The notes under the pieces were generated by a model. It saw only the letters and a program-made list of their open reading frames with translations, was not told the origin of the DNA and did not search any database. From Macrostomum lignano (Eukaryota): a DNA stretch of 64,000 nt. Shown here one piece after another: positions 40,073 through 58,352 of the stretch (the first letter of the stretch is position 1; every line of letters starts with the position of its first letter). The stretch covers positions 62,001 through 126,000 of the forward strand of contig NIVC01002267.1 of the NCBI GenBank assembly GCA_002269645.1, written 5' to 3'. A program made the position numbers and the translations under genes.

Positions 40073-40887
40073 CGACCTCCCTTCCTCTGGCTCTGCTCCC
40101 CTCTTCAATCCCAAGCTCTGCCAGTCGCTGTCTCTCATTGACTAAGAGGATTAGTTGTATTGCTACAGCATTAAAGTGTCCATGCGCGTCGGTTAAGGCA
40201 GCTCTTCCCAATGCCCTTCTACCCATCTTGGCAAATTCTGGGTATAGACAGAAGCTGAAGCATTCACTTGACTGTTTCTCCCTGTTTAGTAGCAATAAAG
40301 AGAGACAGAATTCCAAGTGCGTCATCAATTTTATTGCGATGTAAAACTTGCCACACTGCATCAAGGAGACCGATAGCCCTAGAGACCTAGAGTGGACGCG
40401 GATAGCAAAAACTCGTCATATTGTTAGGCTTTTCTTCAAAATTAAGTGCTACAAATAACTAATTCGATGACGAGGAATTTGTGTATAGCAAAATGGTCAT
40501 AGTTACTCCCGCCGTGTACTCACGGCATTGCAATTTAGTGGGATCAGCAATTTCCTGTCCTGATTCTAGATTTTAGATCTCCTTATATATCGGCTGTATC
40601 ATTCTTGCATCCCGCCTTACCTAGTTTGCCTGAATGAGTCAGGCAATCCATCTGGGGATTTAAGAAAAAAGATTGAAGTCCGTGTCCGACTCGTAAATGC
40701 GCAGTGCGTCTCTGCCTATGCCACCATTAAGTTACTGGGAAACGGTTACAAAATCGATACAAACTTTGAAGCTTTTTTATCTGTCTGTTAAAAACGATGT
40801 CTAGGTATATTTCGTACTGATCAGTGCACCTATATTTCAGCCTGCTGCGGTAAACTGCTGTCTAAAAACTTCCCAATCAACGCTGCA

Positions 40888-47316
<6,429 letters not shown>

Positions 47317-47811
47317 GATTCTCGGCGCTACTCGCTTTTTTGCTATAAGGGACAGTCTTTAAAGCTTTCTAATACTGTTAGTAGTGCATTTCAACTATAA
47401 ACTGAATGCTTGTTTGTGCCGTTTTTTTATTTATTTAATCTTGAATCTTTGCTTTGCTCTGTGAGCGGGACCAGCGTGTCTGTTTTTTATCTTTCAGTTC
47501 TTCCTATTTGGCACAATAATCACCAGGTATGCTGTCTATCCCCAAATGCGTGTGTTTCATTACTCGCACAATGTAATACTCACTGCCTACAGTAGTAAAT
47601 AGTAGTACATAAGCACGAACAGTACACCAAGCATAATTTATTCTGCTGTAAGCGACTCGTGAAAAATTTAGGGCAGCAATCTTTTTTTTCTTTTATTATT
47701 CTGTTTTCTTCTAAACCAATTGTTGAGGTAATTGGCTTTTAATTAGTCAAACTTTATTCAATTCAAATAGAGATGTGAATTGGATTTTTAGGGAAAGCTT
47801 AAATAGAAGAT

Positions 47812-48565
47812 TTTCGGATCCCCAGTTGCTGGGCCAGCCTCCCAGATCCCCAACAGTTACTGTGCCAGCCTCCCAGATCCCCAGTTGCTGGGCCAGCCTC
47901 CCAGATCCCCAGTTGCTGCACCAGCCTCCCAGATTCCCAGTTGCTGCGCCAGCCTCCCAGATCCTCATCAGTTGCTGGGCCAGCCTCCCAGATCCCCAGT
48001 TGCTGGGTCAGCCTCCCAGATCCTCAGTTGCTGGGCTAGCCTCCCAGATCCCCAGGTGCTGGGCCAGCCTCTCAGATCCTCAGTTGCTGGGCCAGCCTCT
48101 CAGATCCTCAGTTGCTGGGCCAGCCTCCCAGATCCCCAGTTGCTGCACCAGCCTCCCAGATTCCCAGTTGCTGCGCCAGCCTCCCAGATCCTCATCAGTT
48201 GCTGGGCCAGCCTCCCAGATCCCCAGTTGCTGGGTCAGCCTCCCAGATCCTCAGTTGCTGGGCCAGCCTCTCAGATCCTCAGTTGCTGGGCCAGCCTCTC
48301 AGATCCTCAGTTGCTGGGCCAGCCTCCCAGATCCTCACTCCTCAGTTGCTGGGCCAGCCTCCCAGATCCTCAGTTGCTGGGCCAGCCTCCCAGATGCTCA
48401 GTTGCTGGGCCAGCCTCCCAAGATCCCCAGTTTTTCGGCCAGCCTCCCAGATCCCCAGTTGCTGGGCCAGCCTCCCAGATCCTCAGTTGCTGGGCCAGCC
48501 TCCCAGATGCTCAGTTGCTGGGCCAGCCTCCCAAGATCCCCAGTTTTTCGGCCAGCCTCCTAGAT
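47812..48565. repeat. ~28-bp minisatellite CAGTTGCTGGGCCAGCCTCCCAGATCC(C/T)
   Basis: About 27 copies; it explains overlapping ORFs 47747-48609. Confidence 0.95.
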
Positions 48566-48909
48566 CCTTTCAAATTTTAAATAAATCAAGATCCATCTAT
48601 TATCAATAAAAAGGAGTAGACTTTTTCTGCAATCAACCAAATTTTTTTCTTTTTTTTCTGAAATTTGGTTACACTGTAGATTTGAACAAACTTTCCTTTA
48701 TACTACTTGTAGCCTCCATTTCTTAGTAGGATAATGCGTGCTAACTGTCAAAAACTTTCAAACCGATGAAAAACTTACTTTTTTCGTATATAGATTTTTT
48801 TTCTCAAACCTGTGCTTTTGCTCCGCCTGCCTGTAATATCTGACGGTTTTTTAATCTTTCCTTTTACTTGAACTGCTATTCTCAGCTGTGCACCAATTGG
48901 TACAGAAGC

Positions 48910-49148
48910 CGGACAATTCACTGCCAACGATTTAGGTTATGGTTAGGACTAGGTTTAGGTCAGGGTTAAGTTTAGGTTCATTTAGGTAAAGTTTAGGTTA
49001 GGTTTAGATTAATGTTAGGTTAATGTTAAGGTTAGGGTTTGGGTTATATTTAGGTTTAGGGTTTAGTTTATGGATTAAGGTTTCAGGTTTAATTTATGTT
49101 AAGGTAGGTAAAATATGTAAAATATTATATTTGGCTGTCAATTGTTGT
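48910..49148. mobile_element. Putative MITE with a degenerate telomere-like (TTAGG/TTTAGG/TTAGGG) body
   Basis: GGACAATTCACTGCC at the left and GGCTGTCAATTGTT at the right are imperfect inverted repeats enclosing ~180 bp of TTAGG-like units. Confidence 0.5.
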
Positions 49149-49519
49149 AGACTCTGCACTAACTTCCACATTTAGTGTAGTATAGTTATTTTGCACAGAC
49201 AATTAAAATGTTTTATCACATAATTTATGATTAATCCACTTTTTGATTGGTAAACGTACACTTGTGTTCGCTCTGTCACTTTTCCTAATTTTTATTAGTA
49301 TTTGGAAGAGTAAAATTGTGATGCGATATGAATACACCAATCAAAGCTAAATCTCAAAGTCCATTAGTTATTTTTCTTTTTTCTAGGACGTTTAGGGTCT
49401 ATTAAGATTTCAATGTTTTTGAGCCGTTTTACTTATCTGTACTCTGTACTCACTCTGATTATCGATTCGTCAATAGAGTTCTATTCAAATTTCATTTCCA
49501 ATTCTCAAAACGTCACTCC

Positions 49520-49920
49520 TGCGCCAATCTACTTATCACTGTATCACTCTAATTGTCCCTCTATCACTCTAATTGTCACGCTATCACTCTAATTGTCACT
49601 CTGTCACTCTAATTGTCACTCTATCACTTTAATTGTCACTATCAGTCTAGTTGTTTCTCTATCACTCTATAATTGTTACTCTGTCACTCTAATTGTCACG
49701 CTATCACTCTAATTGGCACTCTGTCACTCTAATTTCACTCCTCTCTCTAATTGTCACTCCGTCACTCTTAACTGTCACTTTATCACTCTCATTGTCACTC
49801 CATCACTCTCATTGTCACTCTATCACTCTAATTGTCACTCTATCACTCTATTTTTCACTTCATCGCTTTAGTTGTCACTCTATAATTTTAATCATCACTC
49901 TATCCTTTCAACTGTCACTT
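49520..49920. repeat. Degenerate ~20-bp repeat TATCACTCTAATTGTCACTC
   Basis: About 18 imperfect copies upstream of the tetraspanin. Confidence 0.85.
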
Positions 49921-50079
49921 CAATGTCCTACAAGTCTCGCCCAATATGGCACTCCAGTTTTCGGTTTATATTGTCACGATATTTAAAGCTAACCAACTCT
50001 TCGACTAGCTTACCACCTGTAACTATAATCAAAAGACATTAACAAGCAGATTTTGAACCGCAAATTTCAGTGAAGCATC

Positions 50080-51688
50080 ATGGCCAAATACCAGGGCATC
50101 CGCAATGAGAAGCAGCGCTATTGCTGCTCCAAAGAGTGCATCAAAGCCGTGCTAATCTTCTTTAATCTATTAGTAGCCCTCTGCGGTCTGGCCGTCTGCA
50201 TACTTGGCGTCTGGCTGCTGTTGTCCCGACGCAACTACATCTCCGTGCTGACTGGGGAGATGTTCTTTCTCAGCCATTTCCTGCTCACCGCTTGCGGCGG
50301 CTTGATCTTCGCTTTCGCTGTGCTCGGGTTTGTTGGCATATTTCTCAATAGGATCCGCCTGCTGAGCGTCTATACCGGCTTCCTGGTTGCTCTACTCATA
50401 GTAGAGTGCGCCGTGTGCGCCATCGGATTTGTGTTCGCCGGCTCGCTGCAGGTTGGATTCTCGGATAGCTGCCTTTGGGGTGGAATTAGGGATTGCAGAG
50501 TGATAGTCTGACCCGATGAGAGGCAACGTCAGTCACGGATTGACAGCTTCTGAAACGGGGAGTGACAGTCTAAATTGGGGAGTGACAGTCTAAATTGGGG
50601 AGTGACAGTCTAAATTGGGGAGTGACAGTCTAAATTGGGGAGTGACATTCTGAATTGGGGAGTGACATTCTGAATTGGGGAGTGACATTCTGAATTGGAA
50701 AGTGACATTCTGAATTGGGGAGTGACATGAATTAAGAGTGACATTCTAAATTGCGGAGTGACATTTTGAATCTGGGAGTGACATTCTAAATTGGGGAGTG
50801 ACATTCTAAATTAGGGAGTGACATTCTAAATTAGGGAGTGACAATCTAAATTTGGGGAGTGACATTCTGAATCGGGGAGTGACATTCTAAATTAGGGAGT
50901 GACATTCTAAATTAGGGAGTGACAATCTAAATTTGGGGAGTGACATTCTGAATCGGGGAGTGACATTCTAAATTAGGGAGTGACATTCTAAATTAGGGAG
51001 TGACAATCTAAATTTGGGGAGTGACATTCTGAATCGGGGAGTGACATTCTAAATTGGGGAGTGACATTCTAAATTTGGGAGTGACATTCTGATTTGGGGA
51101 GTGACATTCTAAATTTGGGAGTGACATTCTGAATTGGAGAGTGACAGTCTGAATCAAGCAGTGACTTTGTTAAATCAGGCGTGAAATTGTGAATTTGTAA
51201 GAGTGAAATTATAGTTCTGTGAATTTTGAACCCCAGTGCCCCATAAACGGCCTCAACTCCGCCCCCAGACCCGCCTGCAAGAGTCTGTGAAGGAGTCTCT
51301 GCTCAATCGCTATCGTATCGATCCGGACGTCACTCGGGCCGTTGATCGGCTCCACTCCGAGCTGAAATGCTGCGGCAGCGTATCGTGGCGCGATTGGCGC
51401 GAGTCGGCCTACTATTGGAACAACAGCCGGGCCACGACCACCGAGTACACTCCCACATCCTGCTGTCGCAGCGACGCCCCCGGCTGCTCGAAAGAGTCCC
51501 ATCCGTCTAATATATTTCACCAGGGCTGCGCGGTTCGCATGGCCCAGCAGCTCTATTTGAACCTGCTGGCTGTGGCCTTGTGCGCTCTGGGCATGGCTAT
51601 TGTGCTGCTGCTGAGCATTGTGCTGGCCTGCTCGCTTATTCACACTCTGCGAGAGCTGCGCTTGGCTACTAAGAAGTCTTTTAAATAA
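50080..51688 (+). CDS. Tetraspanin, CD151/TSPAN11-like (exons 50080-50451, 51269-51688)
   Basis: Three N-terminal TM helices in exon 1. A phase-0 junction CTGCAG|gttgga...ccccag|ACC follows. The large extracellular loop has CCG, PTSCC and HPSNIFHQGC, then TM4 and a short basic tail. Confidence 0.93.
50557..51150. repeat. 20-bp minisatellite GGGGAGTGACATTCTAAATT filling the tetraspanin intron
   Basis: About 29 copies. Confidence 0.95.
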
Positions 51689-51749
51689 GCCTTGCTCTGA
51701 TTGGTTGCTTTTTCCGGGACTGACATTTTAGTTCTACAGGTCTGATATG

Positions 51750-52130
51750 GGATCTGGGAGTGAGATTGGAGATCTAGGAGTGAGATTGAAGATCTGGAAG
51801 TGAGATTAGAAATCTAGGAGTGAGATTGGATATCTAGGAATGAGATGAGAGATCTAGGAGTGAGATTGAAGATCTAGAATTAAGATTAGAGATCTAGGAG
51901 TGAAATTTGATATCTGGGAATGAGATTAGAGATCTAGGAGTGAGATTGGAGATCTGGAAGTGAGATTAGAAGTCTAGGAATGTAATTGAATATCTGGGAG
52001 GGAGATTTGAAATCTGGGAGTGAGATTTGAGATCTGGGAATGAGATTTGAGATCTGGGAGTAAGATTTAGGATCTGGGGGTGAGATTTGGGGATCTGGAA
52101 GTGAGATTTGGGATCCAAGAGTAAAATTGT
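51750..52130. repeat. Degenerate 21-bp repeat GAGTGAGATTGGAGATCTAGG
   Basis: About 17 imperfect copies just 3' of the tetraspanin. Confidence 0.85.
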
Positions 52131-52580
52131 AGCTCAATGGGTAAGATTAAGGGTCTATGGGGTGAGATCGTAGTTCAAATAGTAAGATATGAGATCTTCG
52201 AATGAGATTTTAGCTCAAAGAGTGAGACCCAATCTACTCGTAATAGTGGGTCTTTGCCGCTCCCTCTCTATTACCTTAATTTTTAGTTGTAGTTATTTAT
52301 ATCTTTTTTATAATATTCGTTTTGTTCTCGAATGTTTTTTATTGCATTGTGTCAGTTTGAAAAATTCATAAGCAAGCAATTAACGCAAATGAAGTCGTTT
52401 TAAAGAGCCTGATTACATTAGTGCCGTGTATTTAAATACTTGTCAGTTTTACATAGCTAAACTGTTTCTGATGCTTGCACATGTATACATTTGCGTATTT
52501 GCCTTACATTTATGCTTTTTAGGAAATTTTTGTCAAAGGCTGTTGCGGTTAATAGCTACTATAGCTGCTGGCTTATGACT

Positions 52581-52950
52581 AATGATCTATTTTTAGCAAC
52601 GTGATTTCCATTAAAATGTACGCTACTGAGAAATAGCCAATTAGCGGCTGACGAAGTGTTGAATGAATGATCTATTTTCGGCAACAGGGGATTCCTATTA
52701 AATGTACGCTACTGGAACTAGCCAATTAGCGGCTATCGTAGGGTCAAAAGAATGATCTATTTTTAGTAACAGGGGATTCCTATTAAGATGTACGCTACTG
52801 AGAAATAGCCAATTAGCGGCTGACGAAGTGTTGGGTGAATGATCTATTTTTAGCAACAGGGGATTCCGATTAAATGTACGCTACTAAGAAGTAGCCAATT
52901 AGCGGCTATCGTAGGTTCAAAAGAATGATCTATTTTTAGTAACAAGATAT
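52581..52950. repeat. ~86-bp tandem repeat with alternating A/B monomers (higher-order dimer)
   Basis: AATGATCTATTTT starts at ~52581, 52666, 52751, 52838 and 52924. Monomers end alternately in CTGACGAAGTGTTG and CTATCGTAGG(G/T)TCAAAAG. Confidence 0.85.
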
Positions 52951-53029
52951 TCCTATTTCTTAAAGTATGTTGTCTTTAGGCCGGTCACAAAAAATTGACC
53001 ACCAGCATTCGTATTTTCTAATAATACAA

Positions 53030-55170
53030 CATGTCTCACTCTCTCCCACTGTCTCACTCTCTCCCACTGTCTCACTCTCTCCCACTGTCTCACTCTCTCC
53101 CACTGTCTCACTCTCTCCCACTGTCTCACTCTCTCCCACTGTCTCACTCTCACACTGTCTCACTCTCTCACACTGTCTCACTCTCACACTGTCTCACTCT
53201 CTCCCACTGTCTCACTCTCTCACACTGTCTCACTCTCTCCCACTGTCTCACTCTCTCCCACTGTCTCACTCTCTCCCACTGTCTCACTCTCTCCCACTGT
53301 CTCACTCTCACACTGTCTCACTCTCTCACACTGTCTCACTCTCACACTGTCTCACTCTCTCCCACTGTCTCACTCTCTCACACTGTCTCACTCTCTCCCA
53401 CTGTCTCACTCTCTCACACTGTCTCACTCTCTCCCACTGTCTCACTCTCTCACACTGTCTCACTCTCTCACACTGTCTCACTCTCTCCCACTGTCTCACT
53501 CTCTCCCACTGTCTCACTCTCTCACACTGTCTCACTCTCTCCCACTGTCTCACTCTCTCACACTGTCTCACTCTCTCCCACTGTCTCACTCTCTCACACT
53601 GTCTCACTCTCTCCCACTGTCTCACTCTCTCCCACTGTCTAACTCTCTCCCACTGTCTCACTCTCTCCCACTGTCTCACTCTCTCACTGTCTCACTCTCT
53701 CCCACTGTCTCACTCTCTCCCACTGTCTCACTCTCTCCCACTGTCTCACTCTCTCCCACTGTCTCACTCTCTCCCACTGTCTCACTCTCTCCCACTGTCT
53801 CACTCTCTCCCACTGTCTCACTCTCTCCCACTGTCTCACTCTCTCACACTGTCTCACTCTCTCCCACTGTCTCACTCTCTTCCACTGTCTCACTCTCACA
53901 CTGTCTCACTCTCACACTGTCTCACTCTCTCCCACTGTCTCACTCTCACACTGTCTCACTCTCTCCCACTGTCTCACTCTCTCACACTGTCTCACTCTCT
54001 CCCACTGTCTCACTCTCTCCCACTGTCTCACTCTCTCCCACTGTCTCACTCTCTCACACTGTCTCACTCTCTCACTGTCTCACTCTCTCCTGCTGTCTCA
54101 CTCTCTCCCACTGTCTCACTCTCTCACACTGTCTCACTCTCTCACACTGTCTCACTCTCTCCCACTGTCTCACTCTCTCACACTGTCTCACTCTCTCCCA
54201 CTGTCTCACTCTCTCCCACTGTCTCACTCTCTCCCACTGTCTCACTCTCTCACACTGTCTCACTCTCTCCCACTGTCTCACTCTCTCCTACTGTCTCACT
54301 CTCTCCCACTGTCTCACTCTCTCACTGTCTCACTCTCTCCCACTGTCTCACTCTCTCCCACTGTCTCACTCTCTCCCACTGTCTCACTCTCTCCCACTGT
54401 CTCACTCTCTCCCACTGTCTCACTCTCTCCCACTGTCTCACTCTCTCACACTGTCTCACTCTCTCCCACTGTCTCACTCTCTTCCACTGTCTCACTCTCA
54501 CACTGTCTCACTCTCACACTGTCTCACTCTCTCCCACTGTCTCACTCTCACACTGTCTCACTCTCACACTGTCTCACTCTCTCCCACTGTCTCACTCTCT
54601 CACACTGTCTCACTCTCTCCCACTGTCTCACTCTCTCCCACTGTCTCACTCTCTCCCACTGTCTCACTCTCTCACACTGTCTCACTCTCTCACTGTCTCA
54701 CTCTCTCCTGCTGTCTCACTCTCTCCCACTGTCTCACTCTCTCACACTGTCTCACTCTCTCACACTGTCTCACTCTCTCCCACTGTCTCACTCTCTCACA
54801 CTGTCTCACTCTCTCCCACTGTCTCACTCTCTCCCACTGTCTCACTCTCTCCCACTGTCTCACTCTCTCACACTGTCTCACTCTCTCCTACTGTCTCACT
54901 CTCTCCCACTGTCTCACTCTCTCCTGCTGTCTGTCACTCTCCCTCACTGTCTGTCATTCTCTCCCACTGTCACTTCCACTGTTTGTCATTAGCTCCCACT
55001 GTCTGTCACTCTCTTCCACTGTCTGTTATTCTCTCCCACTGTCTGTCACTCTCTCCCACAAACACTTTCACTGTCTGTCACTCTCTCCCACTGTCACTTC
55101 CATTGTCTGTCACTCTTCCACTGACTGTTATTCTCTCCCACTGTCTGTCACTATTCCTCACTGTCTGTCA
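53030..55170. repeat. 18-bp minisatellite ACTGTCTCACTCTCTCCC with 16-bp variants
   Basis: More than 100 copies, degenerating after ~54930. Rare variants (TTCCACTG, TCCTGCTG) recur about 600 bp apart. Confidence 0.97.
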
Positions 55171-55461
55171 CTCTCCCTCTCTATTCCCTAGCGTTTCCCA
55201 ATCTAAGTTTAGCTGTTTCTGTGTTAAAATGCAAAACTGAAGTTTCGAAGCCAGGAAAATGAAATTTGGCTTTTATTAGAAAGGAAAAATCCTCATAGCC
55301 GAGCAGCTGATTTTGTCAGTTGCATTTCACGCAGATTTGCTTGCTTGGAGTTTTAAGGCTTACAAAAAAATGAAGATGGTATTTATCTCATAGGAAGACA
55401 AAGAAGAGCAGCTGGCAGTCCAGCCTTGCAGAGAGAGTTCGGATTCAATTGAGCCCATCCA

Positions 55462-55956
55462 TCAGCTGTTGTTGCACAAATCGTCGAAGTCGCTCGGGAC
55501 GCTGCCGTAACTTGACGCGCCCGACTCTGAACTGTTCGAGCTTGTTGGGCCTCCGGTCTGCAGCGCCGGCGATGGGCCGATGAAGTTGCCCAGACTCAGT
55601 CGGGTCTTTCTCAGCTTCCTTGCTTGCGAGAGTCTGGCCAACCGTTTAGACGAGAACGGCTTGCTGCTCACGCATGACGGACGGCTGTCTCTCTGCGAGT
55701 CGGCCTCGTCGTCGGCCTCATCTAGTTCGGCTGCGCAAGCCCCGCCGCCCACTGCGCCAATTATCGCTTCATGATCTTGATCTTCGTAGGTGAAGCTTGG
55801 CTGATTGTCGTCTAATTGTTTTTGTTCCTGCTGCTGCTGCTGTTGTTGTTGTTGCTGCTGCTGCTTGGATGGTGGCGTCTTTTGCTGCTGCTGCTGTTGC
55901 TGCTGCTGCTTGTTATCCTGCGGTGTCGGTTTCGAATCCTGCCGCTCCTTGTCCAT
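55462..55956 (-). CDS. Low-complexity polyQ/acidic coding segment of unknown function
   Basis: GC3-rich 164-aa ORF with two polyQ tracts, an acidic stretch and a basic RLARLSQARKLRKTR segment. A candidate acceptor aaacag| lies 14 nt upstream of the ATG. No family recognised. Confidence 0.45.
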   Translation of the reverse strand: MDKERQDSKPTPQDNKQQQQQQQQQKTPPSKQQQQQQQQQQQQEQKQLDDNQPSFTYEDQDHEAIIGAVGGGACAAELDEADDEADSQRDSRPSCVSSKPFSSKRLARLSQARKLRKTRLSLGNFIGPSPALQTGGPTSSNSSESGASSYGSVPSDFDDLCNNS

Positions 55957-56197
55957 GATTGCTGCGGCGGCTGTTTCACTTTAAATTTAATCCTAGCTCT
56001 TATAGTCTGGTTTTCTTTGGTTCATTGAACGTGTTTTGTTGTGCTTTTTTAGTCAGAAGCTTTGGACCATAGAGATTGCAGTCAGCCTGAGGCGTGTTGA
56101 AATCATGGATAAATATAACCGACTGCTCAGCCGCAGCTATTTGCGCGGCGCATCTGAAGGCTGCGTACGGCTGTTCAGTCCAAGAACTGGGGAGTCG

Positions 56198-56370
56198 CCA
56201 CACACAACCTCAATTATCCCAGCCAATGCTGGCACCCATTTTACAGCTGGGTGAACTGAAGCAACGGACACAAATTGTTTCTCAAGGACACAAACTGTTC
56301 CGAGTGGGTCGAGAATCGAACCCCGACCTTTCAGTCCTGAATCCGATGCTCTAACCTCTAGGCTACAACC
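56198..56370 (-). mobile_element. tRNA-derived SINE (copy 2, uninterrupted)
   Basis: GGTTGTAGCCTAGAGG (A box), GGTTCGATTCTC (B box), then GTGTCCTTGAG..TGCTTCAGTTCACCCAGCTGTAAAATGGGTGCCAGCA and a GTGTGTGG tail; homologous to copy 1. Confidence 0.85.
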
Positions 56371-56624
56371 GTAGACGGTCTCTTACTGCAGACTCAATGG
56401 TTGGAACGAGGTCAAGAGACCATTGATTCAGTGCAAAGTCAGCCCCGGGTAGGGGACGAGACGCGTTTACTGCCCGACGAGACTGTCTATGGTAAATACT
56501 CACTGTCTGCTGTTTTACTGTTCTAAGTACAACCTTGCTTGGATAGAAGCCGCACAGATGCTAGAATAACTATAAAAATGTCACTTGCAATCAATGCGTT
56601 TATTTACTTTTTCTACACCAAGAG

Positions 56625-57536
56625 ACAAGGGCGCCCACTAAGAGACAGGGGCGCCCACCCAAGAGACAGGAGCGCCCATCAAGAAACGGGAGCGCCCACC
56701 CAGAGACGGGGGCGCCCACCCAAGAGACAGGGGCGCCCACCACGAGACAAGGGCGCCCACTAAGAGACAGGGGCGCCCACCCAAGAGACAGGGGCGCCCA
56801 CCCAAGAGACAGGGGCGCCCATCAAGAAACGGGAGCGCCCACCCAGAGACGGGGGCGCCCACCCAAGAGACAGGGGCGCCCACCACGAGACAAGGGCGCC
56901 CACTAAGAGACAGGGGCGCCCACCCAAGAGACAGGGGCGCCCACCCAAGAGACAGGGGCGCCCATCAAGAAACGGGAGTGTCCATCAAGAAACGGGGCGC
57001 CCACCCAAGAGACAGGGGCGCCCACCAAGAGACAGGGGCGCCCACCAAGAGACAGGAGCGCCCACCCAAGAGACAGGAGCGCCCATCAAGAAACGGGAGC
57101 GCCCACCAAGAGACAGGGGCGCCCACCCAAGAGACAGGGGCGCCCACCCAAGAGACAGGGGCGCCCACCAAGAGACAAGGGCGCCCACTAAGAGACAGGG
57201 GCGCCCACCCAAGAGACAGGGGCGCCCATCAAGAAACGGGAGTGTCCATCAAGAAACGGGGCGCCCACCCAAGAGACAGGGGCGCCCACCCAAGAGACAG
57301 GGGCGCCCACCCAAGAGACAGGGGCGCCCACCCAAGAGACAGGGGCGCCCATCAAGAAACGGGGCGCCCACCCAAGAGACAGGGGCGCCCACCAAGAGAC
57401 AGGGGCGCCCACCAAGAGACAGGAGCGCCCACCCAAGAGACAGGAGCGCCCATCAAGAAACGGGAGCGCCCACCAAGAGACAGGGGCGCCCACCCAAGAG
57501 ACAGGGGCGCCCACCAAGAGACAGGGGCGCCCACCA
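56625..57536. repeat. 20/21-bp GC-rich minisatellite CCCAAGAGACAGGGGCGCCCA
   Basis: More than 40 copies; it explains ORFs 56539-57547. Confidence 0.96.
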
Positions 57537-58206
57537 ATACAAGCTAGACAGAGACAGCTTCTTTCTTTTAGAGTCGTCCTCCTACATCTACGTTCTCTAG
57601 CACCTTTTGATTTGCATTTGGCAATTTTTTCAATACAATATATAATTTAAATTCTAATCCAAAAAAATCGATGAATTAAGCAGAGTTCGATACAATCAGT
57701 GTACCCATCCGATGGCCTCTAAATATCGAGAGTATATATATTTTGCATTACATATGTTTGCATCATAAATAGACTTCTTAAAAGTATAATTAATCGTTAG
57801 CTCATGAAAAGGCACTTATCTCTGTGCGATCACTTTTTGCAAAATAGAGAATTTGGTAATTATTCATCAAAAGGCGGTTTTCGTGGAATTAGCAACAGTT
57901 AAAATTGGAAAAAGTAAAAATTATTGGCCTTTAAAAAATAGATCATATTTGCTACTACGAGTGCACATCTGCAGTACCACAAATCTAACTTCATGGATAG
58001 ATCTATTTATTAAAAACTTTCATGTGCTACTGTTCATTTATTCACAGTATTTTTTTCGCCCGCAGATACTAGAATAGCTATAAATGTGTCAATCGAAAAA
58101 TGCGCTTATCTACTATTTTTACATTAGAGAAAGGCCAGCCCTTTAGCCAGGCCGATCGATAAACAGTTTGGTTTTCCTCTTGCCCGCTTGTGTCTAAATT
58201 TGAACT

Positions 58207-58352
58207 CTGTCCTTACTGCTCTCTCATTGGCTGAGCTAGATTGAGCCTGCCCTCTTGGCTGAGTTTCGTCCCTCTGACTTTTCCCTCTCTCCTTACTGCT
58301 CTCTCATTGGCTGAGCTAGATTAGCCCTGACCCCTAGGCTGAGTTTCGACCA
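58207..58352. repeat. ~80-bp direct duplication containing ATTGG (CCAAT) motifs
   Basis: CCTTACTGCTCTCTCATTGGCTGAGCTAGATT..CCTG.CC....GGCTGAGTTTCG occurs at ~58210 and ~58291. Confidence 0.8.

Noticed and set aside
47747-48609. Overlapping 165-262-aa Pro/Ser-rich ORFs, and similar ORFs at 35087-35758, 41676-42743 and 56539-57547
   Set aside because: All are translations of minisatellites that are open in several frames.
52967-55240. 757-aa ORF (SHCLTL/SPTVSL repeats)
   Set aside because: It is the translation of the stop-free 18-bp minisatellite; the peptide switches repeat frame wherever 16-bp variants occur.
56290-56370. Functional tRNA gene (also 6715-6793)
   Set aside because: A and B boxes are present but I could not form a proper acceptor stem or cloverleaf. 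The sequence continues into a shared SINE body and the two copies disagree in the anticodon region.
56375-56470. Hairpin-rich segment next to the SINE head as a second ribozyme
   Set aside because: Two alternative stems exist (GGTCTCTT/AAGAGACC and TCAATGGT/ACCATTGA), but no hammerhead core or complete HDV topology could be built.
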